From Thelocarpon superellum (Eukaryota), in assembly GCA_026025795.1 (NCBI GenBank), contig JAPEUG010000068.1:1-58310 (forward strand): 58,310 nucleotides of DNA. The letters run 5' to 3'. This document shows, piece after piece, positions 12,801 to 23,967 of the stretch. The position numbers were made by a program, and so were the translations under genes. The notes beneath the pieces were generated by a model. The model was given only the letters and a program-made list of their open reading frames with translations. It had not been told where the DNA came from and did not search any database. Numbering within the stretch: the first letter of the stretch is position 1; every line of letters starts with the position of its first letter.

Positions 12801-13463
12801 GAGTTTCTTGACGGTCAAGCCGAGCTCCTGCAGGGCGGGGTCGGGGCCGGGGGTGTAAATGTAGAGGCTCCCGTCGCGATTGGGCTCGACGATCCAGAGA
12901 AAGTCATCCTCGGGGCGATAGGCGCCTCCGGCGGAACGATTGTGGCGGTGATAGGTCGTCTCGACCATGGGCCGATCGACTTCGAGCGCCCAGCGCGGAG
13001 CGCCGGTCTTGCGGTCACGAGCGTGAATGGTTCCATCGACGGTCGCCAGCAGCACAAAGTCCTCGACCTCCCAATCCTGCAAGGATCGCGCGTTCAGCAG
13101 CGAGGACAGACCGGCCGGCTTGACGGTCGATCGGTCGGGAGGTGCTCGTACGGCGGTGTGGAGACTCGCCGGAGCCAGGGTTGTGATGGCGCTCGCATCG
13201 TCGGACCCATCGGCGACGACGGTGTCCTTGAGGGCTTTCCGAACCGGCTCGACCGAGCGTCGTCGAGGGGTCTCGACGCCGATGGACGGGAGCACATGAC
13301 CGGGGGCGGAGGGAGTGTGTGCTTCAGGTCGCGATGGCGCCTGGGCGTGGTGGGCGGAGGGGACGGGCTGCTGCTGAGCCGCGGTCCCAAGGAGGGGAAG
13401 GAGGCAGAGAAGGACGACGGCTGACGTGACCAGCCTGGCAGGGCCGGGCGGCCGCGGCGTCAT
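9855..13463 (-). CDS. IRE1: ER stress sensor kinase/endoribonuclease Ire1
   Basis: Signal peptide, luminal PQQ-like domain (LLATVDGTIHARD), TM helix, kinase (GYGSHGT, VAVKR, HRDLKPQN, SDFG, GTSGWRAPE) and KEN RNase (DLLRALRNKKNHY after splicing). Introns 10431-10375 and 10106-10038. Confidence 0.97.
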   Translation of the reverse strand: MTPRPPGPARLVTSAVVLLCLLPLLGTAAQQQPVPSAHHAQAPSRPEAHTPSAPGHVLPSIGVETPRRRSVEPVRKALKDTVVADGSDDASAITTLAPASLHTAVRAPPDRSTVKPAGLSSLLNARSLQDWEVEDFVLLATVDGTIHARDRKTGAPRWALEVDRPMVETTYHRHNRSAGGAYRPEDDFLWIVEPNRDGSLYIYTPGPDPALQELGLTVKKLVEELSPYAGEDPPVVYTAEKKNTLYTVDAGTGRVLKMFSSTGSSVNDDRSCRRVSGLEMPTDDECGSSGTLTLGRVEYTVGIQSRETGDPICTLKYSEWTPNNRDLDLQNQYSSTLDQKYVYSRHDGSIFGFDHAQMDERRRLYTQKFSSPVARVFDIARPANTEARDAPLVILPQPTGPTDEDELASSFRDRDNRIFINCTESGGWYAMSESTYPLVTGGAAQAQCYNPEWRQTVPTWEAINPAQRRLALVGVHSIASYAPRNANLPTISGPSEALGADVPLRLAQEPLPSPSPLAIGSSRLLGYAAQNAVDIGLILPLILLVLFVYVNRRKFSRMVSKSLDVDKIPGVKGAFLSAPPTPAVPGESFRTSSLDLSSNTPDGDGSADLASEAKESQSPDSRAESTPPEEGSADAAAAAVQVPAKKKKTHRGQRGGAGRKKTRKDSIRDVEKDNIDRIVDEVKEIGRDPSLEPDVIKVNGVNGSEITDVSGPFKVNNLVVTDTVLGYGSHGTIVYRGSFEGREVAVKRMLLEFYDVASHEVSLLQESDDHPNVIRYFCRQQSAGFLYIALELCPASLQDVVEKPHEYATLAEASLLDLPNVLYQIAAGVRYLHSLKIVHRDLKPQNILVATPKKPRNDPNAALPPRLLISDFGLCKKLDGDQSSFRATTAHAAGTSGWRAPELLVDDEANPQGWQGPSNGETLHSGDASEPAIIDTLSNRRATRAIDIFSLGCVFFYILSRGGHPFGDRYMREANIVKGHYNLDQLQALADYGYEAAALIERMLDHSPRDRYGVESYHSLQVSLTCDSSSPDATTVMIHPFFWSAEKRLNFLVDVSDHFEWEPRDPPSAHLQVLEGTAPEVLGVDFLRKLDKAFIDTLGKQRKYTGSKILDLLRALRNKVCFPLLPIPSYHLVHEMIDVDAQKNHYQDMPEHVKAHVGPLPHGYLSYWTTKFPMLLLQCYFVVVECRLEELPRFRLYFAPPA

Positions 13464-14386
13464 CGTGGAGGCCTACAATGTTGCGGTCGTCACGATGGTG
13501 GGTGGCGACGCCATGTTGGGTGGTGGATGGATGGCGATGACCGGTACGGCCCGTGTGGGAGAGAAAAGAATGGGAGGGGGATGAGCATTCAGCGTCAGCA
13601 ATGTGGCCGGCGGAGAGACGGAGATCAATCGTCGTCGTACCCGTACGCAGGTAAGCGGCGCGGACGCACAGCTGAGATTCGTTCGCCAGGTCTCATCCCG
13701 CGAGTAGTCTCACCGGCTCACCCACCACTACAATTTGGCCCTGGTGCTGGGGACGAGTACTCGGGCGGTACGAGTGACTGCGGCAGATGAGCACGACGGC
13801 GAGTCTTGCGAGTATGTTACTCGTTCCAGAACTCGGTTTGCGCGGACTCGTTCTGCGAGCCACGGGAACCTCCCAAGCTCCTCGTACTCGTGGGTCCTCG
13901 GTACGAGAGTTGGGAAGTCGCCGGGTACGAGGCCGACTCATTTGTCCCTCGCTGGACTCGGACGGGAGACGAGGGGCGGCACGGCAAGTCCAGACGAACT
14001 AAACCATGGTGAGACTAGCGAGGTACGGTTCCAACGTCGCAGGAACGTCGAGACAGGTGCGCGCGTCGGATGACCTGCGCAAGCGTCGTCAGGGCCTGGG
14101 ACGCTTCCTCGGATGACGTCCGGCGGGGCGGGAACGAGGGCCAGGGCGAAGAGGAATGAGGAGTCGGCGTTTCAATTGCCACCATCGATGCCTCATTGTG
14201 ACATTGGCCGACGGGCCCGGTACGAAGTACCTTGACCCCTGGACGACTCCTTGCAGGCTGGGTATGGACCTAGCGACCGATCGGATCGGACGGATGGATG
14301 GATCGACAGTGTCACCGCGGGCGCGCGCTCGACATTCTACTCATCACGAAACATATGATACAACGAAGATGATGATGGCCCCACCA

Positions 14387-16207
14387 TTAGTGACGCTCGC
14401 GCGGTCGCGGCCGACTACGGATGATGTTGTCCACACGCAGGAGCAGCTGTCATGTCGAGGTTAGTGGGGGAGGCAAGGGAAGGTGTCCTCGCACACTCAC
14501 CTCGGCGGCCTCCGAGGCCGATGACACCACGGCCTTCTTCAGCTTGTAGCTCTCGATGACGCCGAGCTCGCGCATGTCGGCAATGCCACCGCCGGGGGTG
14601 AGCAGGTCGAGGCCGGAGCGGGTCATGCCGGCGTAGACGGCCGAGCGTAGGCGCGACACCAGATCGCTCGAGTCGAAGCCGGCGTTGTCGGCCAGGATGG
14701 TGGGCAGCTGTTGCAGCGCGCGCGCAAAGGCGTCCACGGCCAGCGACTTCTTGCCGGCGACGTTGCGCGCCGCCTGGTCCACGGCCTTGGCCATGAGCAT
14801 CTCGGCGCAGCCACCGCCGAGAGTGGTCTTGGGCTCGCGCACCGTCTGCGATAGCACGGCCAGCGCGTCGTGCAGCGACCGCTCCGCCTCGTCGAGTAGC
14901 TGCTCCGTGGCGCCGCGCAGCACGATGGTGCATGCTTGACCCGCCGCCACGCCCGAGAACTTGATGAGCGTGTCCTCGCCGATGATGACCTCCTCGATCA
15001 GCTCGCACTGGCCCAGCTTCACCAGCTCTGGTTGATCAAAGGTCGACGTGATCTCGCCCCCGGTGACCAGCGCCAGTCGCTCGATCCCATCAAAGTCGGC
15101 GTGCTCGATGGACATGATGCCTGCGTCAGAGAAGAGCTGCTCGGGCCAGTTGTAGATGAGCTGTCGGTTGACGAAGCAATTGATGCCGTGTGACTTGATC
15201 TTCTCCACCTTGGCCCGCATCTTCTCTCGTTCGGCTTTCTCCAGCTCCGCCAGCTTCCCCGTCGATTCGACCTTGACGCGTGCCCCAAAAATCTTGATCT
15301 TGTCCGTATCCATGGCTACCGTAGGTCAGCACACCGTCGCCGCTATCCTCGTCGCCGAGGCAGAGAAGCATACCTGTGTTGGCCACCAAGATCTTGGCCT
15401 TTTCCAGCCGCTTGGGCTGGTTGACGCCGATGCGCTTGTCCAAGATGAAACCCTCGTCGAGGTAGGAGTCGCTGAGCTTGCCGCCGGCCTTCTTGATCAC
15501 CTGAATATGGCTGAGATCGGTCGAGCCCTGCATGCGGAGGACGGCATCGACAGCGAGCGTGGCGAAGTGGCTGCGATCTTGACTGAGCACCTTGGAGCTG
15601 AGTGTGGTCCGGGCGATGGCTAAGAGGTCGGCGCGAAAGGCGGCGGGATCCTTGCTGTGGTCGACGGCGGACAACTCCAGCGCACGGAGGGCGGCGTGGC
15701 TCGCCAGACGATAGCCCTCGATGACGGTCTGTGGATGGATCTTCTGGTCCACCAGTTTCTCTGCTTCGCGCAACAGCTCCGCCGCCAGCACCGTCACCGA
15801 CGTCGTCCCGTCACCAACTTCGTCATCCTGCACCTTGGAGATGTTTACCAACACCTTGGCCGCGGCATTGTCCAGCGCGATAGACTTGAGGATCGTGGCT
15901 CCGTCGTTGGTCACCATGATCTCGCCGGTCGATCTAGCGGAGAACGTTAGCCACGCTCGAGCCGCGGGTAGAGCAAGCAGGGTGGCCTACGCCGACTGCA
16001 GGATCTTGTCCATGCCTTTGGGGCCCAGTGTGCTCTTGACCAGATCCCCCACGGCGATGGCGCCGACAAATGCCGATAATCGAGCATTCTCGCCCTTTTC
16101 TTCCGTCACGTCGTCCTCGAAGATCTGCGTGGGATTAAAGGAAGTCTAGTCTATGTCAGCTTGGTCGTTTCGGACGTGCAACGATCACGACACGGTTGAC
16201 GTACCAT
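14387..16207 (-). CDS. CCT2: Chaperonin CCT/TRiC subunit beta
   Basis: Spliced N-terminus [47 protein letters not shown]-terminus [10 protein letters not shown]. The first coding exon is ATG only (16207-16205). Confidence 0.96.
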
Positions 16208-16758
16208 CGTGTAATCGCTACGAGGCCGTAGAAAGCTCGAAGCTGCGAGGTAGAGATCCTCGTCGGCGTGCCGTGGAAAATTCCAAGCTTCATCGCGCGA
16301 GGTGCTCCAGCACGCTAACGCCGACCGAAGCTGCAGGTCAGCTTAGCGGCCATGGCCGCCTGGAGGCCGCCCCGGTTACTGGAGCCGGGAGTGGAGAGCG
16401 ACAGAGAGGGAAGCGACAGGGGGCTCGTAACGTTCCTTCGTTCCAATCTGGAGCGTGTCAGCGGTGCACACAGCCCCCAGCGACTGACGCAACCAATTCC
16501 CTCCTTCGCACATCGAATCTCGCCATCACTGTCAGCGTCGCCATCAACCTTGGGGGCACTCCCCAACCCAGACGAATACGAAGGAGTACGGGACACCGCC
16601 ACCGCATGAAGTCCGCATTTCCCATCGCGTGCGATCGGCTCCTGCACCTCCCTTTCCCACCCGCGATCCCTGCCGACGCTCGAGCATGCGACATACGTGA
16701 GCTTCGGACATCGTGGAGTCTCCGGCGAGTCGTGCGCGCACTTGGATGAGGTCCAACA

Positions 16759-19466
16759 ATGGACGCCATGAGCCGGGCTCGACGCGATGCCCCCTACGAC
16801 AATGGCCGCCAGGTGCAAGATCAACGAGACCTCGTCACCCAGGTCATCATCTCCGGGCTCGTGGGCCTGGCCGCCTTTCTCACCTTTTGCATCTTGCGCC
16901 CACGATGGACCGCTCTATACGCCGCCCGCAAGCGGCAGAAAGACGCGGCCGCCTCGCTGCCCGACCTCCCCACCAGCTTCTTCGGATGGATCCCCACCCT
17001 CTATGCCATCACCGACAAGGAGGTCCTGGCCTCAGCCGGGCTGGACGCCTACGTCTTCCTCGCCTTCTTCCGCATGGCCATCAAGTTCTTGAGCGTCGCC
17101 TTCTTCTTCGCCCTCGTCGTCATGACCCCCGTTCACACGCACTTTGAAGGGTCGGGCCCAATCCCGCCGCCCCGCAACACCTCCACCCCGACCCTCTTTC
17201 ACGCCCTGTCCGATCTGGAGTGGGAGATGGAGATGAACAGCATGTTCAAGAACGCGAGCAAGCCGGGGACCAAGAATCCCAACAACCCCGGCCACTACCT
17301 GTGGATGCATGTCGTCTTTGTCTACCTGTACACCGCGCTGGCGCTCTATCTGCTCATCACCGAGACGCGGAAGATCATCCGGGTGCGGCAAGAATACCTG
17401 GGCAGTCAGTGCACCGTCACCGACCGCACTGTGCGTCTCTCGGGCATTCCACCGGACTTGCGATCGGAGGAGAAGATCAAGGATCTGATTGAGCAATTAT
17501 CCATCGGCCGGGTGGAGCGGGTCACCATCTGCCGCAATTGGGAAGAATTGGACCAGATGATGTCCAGCCGGGACTCGCTCATTCGGAAACTCGAGGAGGC
17601 GTGGACGGTACATCTGGGTCATCGACGGGTCGAGCGCAACCTGGAGACCCTGCCCATTGCCCAGCCGCCTCCGCCAGATCCCGCTGCCACCCATGGTACG
17701 AACGGCGTGGCTGACGAGGATGCCGACGAGGACGATGCGCTCTTGGCCCTCCACGACCGGGGCCCCGCGTCGACCACGCCCTATACACGGGAACGGCCCA
17801 AGACGACGATCCGCTACGGCGTCCTCAAGCTGCGGAGCCGACAGATCGATGCCATCGACTACTACGAGGAGAAGCTCCGGGTGCTGGATGGACAGATCCA
17901 GGCGGCGCGGAAGAAGGACTTTACGCCCACGCCCTTGGCCTTTGTCACCTTGGACTCTGTCGCGGCATGCGTATGTCCCGTAGCGCTGCGCCCACGCTCG
18001 ACGCTCGCTGACCTGTCCTAGCAAATGGTGGTACAAGCCATCCTCGATCCCTCGCCCTTGCAGCTCTTGGCACACCAGGCGCCCGCTCCGGCCGACGTCG
18101 TCTGGTCCAACACGTACGTGTCCCGTCCGAATCGCATGGCGCGATCGTGGGTCATCACCACCTTCGTCGGTCTCCTGACCATCTTCTGGCTGGCGCTGCT
18201 TGTGCCCCTCGCTGGGCTGACGGACTACGATTCCATCCGGAAGGTGTGGCCCAGCCTGGGTGGGGTGCTGGAAGAACACGCCTTTGTCAAGTCCCTCATC
18301 CAGACGCAGCTGACCACCTTGGTGGTGTCGTTGTTGAGCATCGCCGTGCCGTATCTGTATGACTACCTGTCGAACCTGCAGGGTATGATCTCGCAGAGCG
18401 ACGTGGAGCTGTCGGTCGTGTCCAAGAATTTCTTCTTCACCTTTTTCAATCTCTTCCTCTTCTTCACCATCCTCAAGTCGGCCACCAGTGTCTTTGGTCT
18501 TTGGAAGGTGATTCAGGATTCGCTCAAGGACACCAGCTACATTGCCAACCTGCTGGCCGAGTCACTCGAGGGCACGGCACACTTCTACGCCAACCTCATC
18601 ATTCTGCAAGGCTTTGCGCTCTTTCCTTTTCGCTTGCTGGAATTCGGCACCGTGGCCTTGTATCCGCTGAGCTTGATTGGCGCCAAGACGCCACGGGGTA
18701 GAGATTCTGGTTCGAGTTCAGAGGGGCCTTGCGCTGACGGTGCTGCAGATTACGCCGAGTTGATGAAGCCGCCCGAGTTCAAATACGGCTTCTTCCTGCC
18801 ACAGTCACTTCTGATCTTCATCATCTGCATCGTGTACAGCGTGCTGCCGCCGAATGGTGTCCTCATCCTGGGCTTTGGTCTCCTCTACTTTATCATCGGC
18901 GCCTTCACGTACAAGTATCAACTCCTCTACGCCATGGACCATCGTCAACACTCCACGGGCCGGACCTGGACCATCGTGTCGTATCGCATGATCCTGGGCC
19001 TAGGGGTCTTCCAGCTGGCCATGGCCGGTTGGCTGGCGCTGAAGCAGGCCACGTGGCCGTCGCTCGTCGTGACGCCGCTCATCTTCGGGACGATCTGGTT
19101 CAGCTACTTCTACGCACGCACCTTTGAGCCGCTCACCCAGTACATTGCGCTCCGTAGCATCCAACGCGACGGCCATCATCATACCGAATCGCCAGACACC
19201 ATGTCGGCCAGCGCGCTCTCCCAGAGTCAGCGACAGCGGAGCGATACTGCCGACGGGTCAACCATTGACGAAGAACGAGAGCGGGGACAGAATTTCGTCA
19301 ATCCGAATCTGATCTCGCCGTGCGTGCTATCCCATCTCCTCTTCTGGTCCAGCAGGGGCTGACATATCACAGACTCGAGGACATCTGGATCGCCAAGAAG
19401 CAGGTCGACAGTACCTCGCCTCGACCCCGGCACGTCTTGGACGAAGAAAGCGAGGAGAATGTATAG
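16759..19466 (+). CDS. OSCA/TMEM63 (Csc1/Rsn1, DUF221) calcium-permeable stress-gated channel
   Basis: FCILRPRW..LYAAR, GLDAYVFL.FFRM, APAPADVVWSN, YKYQLLYAMDHRQHSTG, many TM helices. Introns 17971-18021, 18698-18748, ~19320-19373. Confidence 0.92.
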
Positions 19467-20001
19467 GCAGGGGAGGCAGGGGAGGCGGGGCGGGCAGGGG
19501 AAAGGTGGTAGGGAGTGGTCTCCTTCATTCGTACATTATTTTCACCCGGTATTCTTTGCCCTCGTCCTGTACAAACTCTTCCACTGCCTCGGTACATGTA
19601 GCCTGTGTTACGTGCAATGGATGCTGTCGCATTACCAGCTCCTGATCACGCTCATGGCTGAATTGTCCGTGGTTCCTTCCTATCCCACATTACTCCAGGT
19701 AGGTGCCTACCAACGTATTGCTACATTTTTATGACACATACGCATCATCGGCATCATCGTCGTCGTCCATGTCAGCCCCGCAACGGACCCGAGATCGACT
19801 TGACCAGATTACATCTCTACACATCTCTATCCCCCACGCTCGTTCAGGTCGAGGCTACATTGCGACGGTGCCAAGACTGCCACTATATCATTCCATCTCT
19901 TGTCTTCGCCCGCCCCCACCCAACCTTGACGCCTCCTATCTCTTTCTCCCCATCTCCACCATTCGCCTCTCCTCCCCGACCCGAACAACGGAGGAGCGGA
20001 G

Positions 20002-20369
20002 ATGGACACAACCCAAGACCGACACTCCATCCCAACCTGTGTATGCGCACGCGCATGCACCTACACATGCACCGTCCCGTGCTCGGCGCAATGCCTGCTC
20101 TATACGACGTGGCTCAACCAGCGTCTGAACGCTCCTCGCTTGTCCCATCTACCGCCTGCACCGGCACCCGCATGCGTGTGCAACCCAACGCCGTGGTTCG
20201 CAGACGCAACCACATCCGGTTGTCCGACGGGCGGGTGTGAATGGACGAGTTGCCACCTGCCTGGACTTGGTTGGTTTACCCCCGCTCGTGAACGACGTCG
20301 AGCTTGGCGAGGATAGGAACAGGGCTGACCGGATCCTCGCCAGCTCACGGATGGCAGCACCTGGATGTG

Positions 20370-20413
<44 letters not shown>

Positions 20414-21005
20414 ATCCCCTCGTTTCATTTCGTCGTCGTCACCGCCGCCGTCGTGCGGGCTCGACGCAGCGCAGTGGGGCGTTCCGCTCGGCGTCCTTGG
20501 TGACCTTGTCGCTGCTGCTGTAGCGCAGCCGTGGCCACCGTCATGCATCGACGATACGCGAGATGCGGACGGCGACGTGCAAATGGAGGATTCGCCGGTC
20601 CGAACCCGACCAGCAGGCCCACTACCGATCAGAGCTCGATGGAGTCTTTCGTCCCGCGTCGTGCCGTCGTTTGCCTGTTCTCGGCTTGAGCGGCTGAGTG
20701 TCTCCTCTGCTCGTCGAGCGCCAGGCGATGGTGTTCTTCGAGAGCTAGAGGGACAGCCGTTGGGACATGCGTGGTCGCTGCCTCAACCTACGGCTGCAGA
20801 CGAGATTGGGCGAGTGGTGGGGGTGAAGGCGGACACGGGCGGGTGTAGAGACATGGGTGTGGATACGGATGCGGATACGGATGTGGACATGGACATGGAG
20901 GATGATGTGGCGCACAGTGGCGGAAATGGCCGCGACCACTATGGCTGTCGCTGTCTGAGGAATACGATGGACGACATGGACGAAGGGTATGCGAGCAGTG
21001 GATGA
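20002..21005 (+). CDS. Hypothetical orphan protein with Cys-rich N-terminus and PA repeat (two-exon model)
   Basis: ORFs 20002..20316 and 20304..21005 join in frame through a phase-1 intron 20270-20343 (GTTGGT donor, GCTGAC branch, CAG). No recognisable family. Confidence 0.4.
20369..20413. repeat. Hexamer microsatellite (CCTGCT)n, about 7 copies, encoding a Pro-Ala tract
   Basis: Read directly in the sequence. Confidence 0.85.
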
Positions 21006-21119
21006 GTTTCTTTCTGTCCTTCTTTCTCCTGTGGTCCCGTTCTCTCCCCCCCGTCCCTAGTATAACAACAGCACAGTCCCTGTTTCCTGCTGACTCCTCC
21101 TTCACCTCCTCCTCCTCCC

Positions 21120-23519
21120 CTAGACGATATCGATGTTGACAATCTTGATATCCTCCTCCGGCTTCTCCTTGTGTACACGCGCATTTTCAATCCGATGAAT
21201 CACATCTAGACCCGCGTACGCGCGGCCGAAGATCGTGTGTTTTCCATCTAGCCATGGCTTTTGTCCCACAGCCCTTCATCAGCGCGATCCTTGCCAAGTA
21301 GCGACGGGCGAGGAACATTGACGAGAAACAGATCTGGAAGGGTTGAGGAGTGGATATAAGTGATGAGATGAGAAACCCTGGGTAATCATCCGATAGAGTG
21401 AGGAGGGGGTAAGGGAGGAGAAAAGAGAAAGACAGAGACAGAAAGTGTGGCTCACCGTTTTTTCGGTCGTGATGAAAAACTGGGATCCATTACTATTGGG
21501 TCCCGCGTTGGCCATGCTGACCGTATATGGCTTATCGTGTTTCAGCGTCGAGAACTCGTCCGCGAATTCTTTGCCCCATATGCTGCTGCCTCCTGTGCCA
21601 TCGCCCAGGGGGTCTCCACACTATGCTCATTCCTCATTAAATCATCACCTCCCACCATTTCACAGACACATGGATGACATGGGAAATGGTGATGGGATAC
21701 GGATCGGCCACGATAGGAAGATGGAAGTAGTAGAGGAACACACCTGAATCATAAACTTGCGAATGACACGATGAAAGATGGTGTTATTATAATAGCCCGT
21801 CTTGGCATGCGTCACGAAATTCTCCACCGCTTTGGGCGCACCGCCTGGAAAGAGTCGGATCTGAATGTCTCCATACGTCGTGTGCAGGGTCGCGCTGGTG
21901 CCACTCGCGGCCGGCGCGGCTTCCTCTGTCTTGTGGGATTGAATCTGCCGTGGTTTCTCGTTCTGGACGTCTCGTGTGGATTTGGATGCGCTGAGGTCAA
22001 CATGTCAGTACGTGCCGTGAAAAGGAGACATGGATACACACGTCTCGTCATTCGTGAATAGGTAGAATCGCACTTTTCCTGACGCCGTGCTCACCAGCAT
22101 CGGATCACGAGCTTCGGCCTCTTGAAGTAAAGGGTTGGCGCTGGCGGCCATGGTGATGGTCACCACACCCTTCTTCTGGGGTTGTCCTTGGTAGAGACAC
22201 AGATTCAATGCTCGGATGGCTTCGTCCTTCCCATAAACCTTCACGACACGGTTGGTGAAGGTGTTGAGCACCTTGGTGCCGTAGATGGACCCGTAGACAA
22301 TAAAGTGACCTGATTCGTCAAAGATCACGTTGATCTTATTCCGTCCCCATGCGTTCTCCAGCTCGCGCTCGATGGCCATCCGCCGTCCAAATTCCACCTC
22401 CTCCAGCACTTGAAGCCCCGTCCCCGCATGTTGCATGTCGGCGATGGTGGCCAGAGATTCATCATAGGTGCGGTACAGCTTGCCGCTGACAAAATCAAAG
22501 ATCCGGATCTTGCGGTCGGGAAAGGAAAAGGTGGCAAACTGTGTGCCCGTGGGAGAGATGGTGATGGAGGATGGGACGGATTTGGACTGCTCTGTCAGCG
22601 CTGAGAGCTCCTCCACGCTCGTGTCACATACCTTTTTGAAGTCGAACAGGTCCGTTGAACTCTTGTATTCAAACACATTGCCGGGCTTGTCGAATGCCCC
22701 GCTCGGTCGCCAGTACTCGACCAAACCTCCTTGGTCCGCGGAGATGACGCAGTCGTAGACGTCATTGTACGCCATGGTTGTCACAGGGCTTCGGTGAAGG
22801 CTCGAGATGGTGTGAATCGGCTTCTGCTTGTCGCCCCAGTTATCGTAAAGACTGATCCATTGATTCTCCTCGTTCGACACGGCCAGCAATGGCGTCGATG
22901 CACCCCGCCGGTGAACCCAACACAACGTTTTGGGCGTATGATCGAGGCTGATCATGGATAAGAGATCTGTCATGCAGTCAGAAGGCACAACATACACCTG
23001 GACTGGGTTCCGTACCAAAGGTAATGACATCAAAGATCTTCAATGTCTTGTCTGCGCCGGCTGATGCGAAGCTCCGTCCATCGGCACTGACGGAGACGCT
23101 GGTGATCTCGCCGGTATGCGCTCGAAATTCCTTGACAAACTCGATTCCGTCCACCACCTTCTTCCAAAACTTCACCACGCCATCTATCGAGCTCGTGATC
23201 AAGAAGTCGGTCAACGGGGCCATGGTGACAAACGAGAGTTGCTCTTTATGCATCAAGGACTTGGCGTATCGAGGTGAGGAGGGGAGCGACGAGAGGTAGA
23301 GCTTCTCGTACGGTAACACTCTCCGCTTCTTTCGTTTGGGTGCTTGCGAGGGTAGCTGTGGGCCCATGTCATCATCCGAGGAGGAATCTGGAATCTGGTC
23401 AGTGTTTGAGAACGTCGTCTCTCACATCGCTGCTCACCATCTTGGTGGGCTGACGCGTCGCCATTATGGTGCTCCGTCAACTCTTCCGCTTGGTGCGCTC
23501 TTTTATTAGATTGAGCCAT
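21120..23519 (-). CDS. PPWD1: WD40-repeat cyclophilin (PPWD1/Cyp15-type spliceosomal PPIase)
   Basis: [32 protein letters not shown]40 region, then cyclophilin [54 protein letters not shown]. Six introns. Confidence 0.93.
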
Positions 23520-23967
23520 GATGTGGGTGTGACTGGTGAGCCTCCAGATGCATGGTGGTCGACCGTCTTGAAGCAGCTCTGCTGTACGGGTAGTGGGGGG
23601 GTTGAAAAGTCAGCCAATCGTCTCGAGCTTGCTATTGGCGCGATGGGACTACGAAACTAACGACCGGCATGACCTCAGGCCAACGACGCGGCAACTGATT
23701 ACTCTCCACCACGCCCAGTCCCTCGTGACCTCAATTCAGTCCATCACGGCACGCTCCATACTCTGACGCGCCTCACCAAGGTCCTGGGCTATACCAATGC
23801 TGAGGCCAAGCGGGGATGTCACAACGACCACTACACCTCAACCTCCACGGACCGAAGAGACGCCGTGAAGGCACTGATGGGCATGAATGGCAATGGACAG
23901 ACAGCCGACAGCTTTCTGCCGGCTTGATTATCGTGTGTTGTCACTCAAGTCACTAGCTTGAGTTCGT

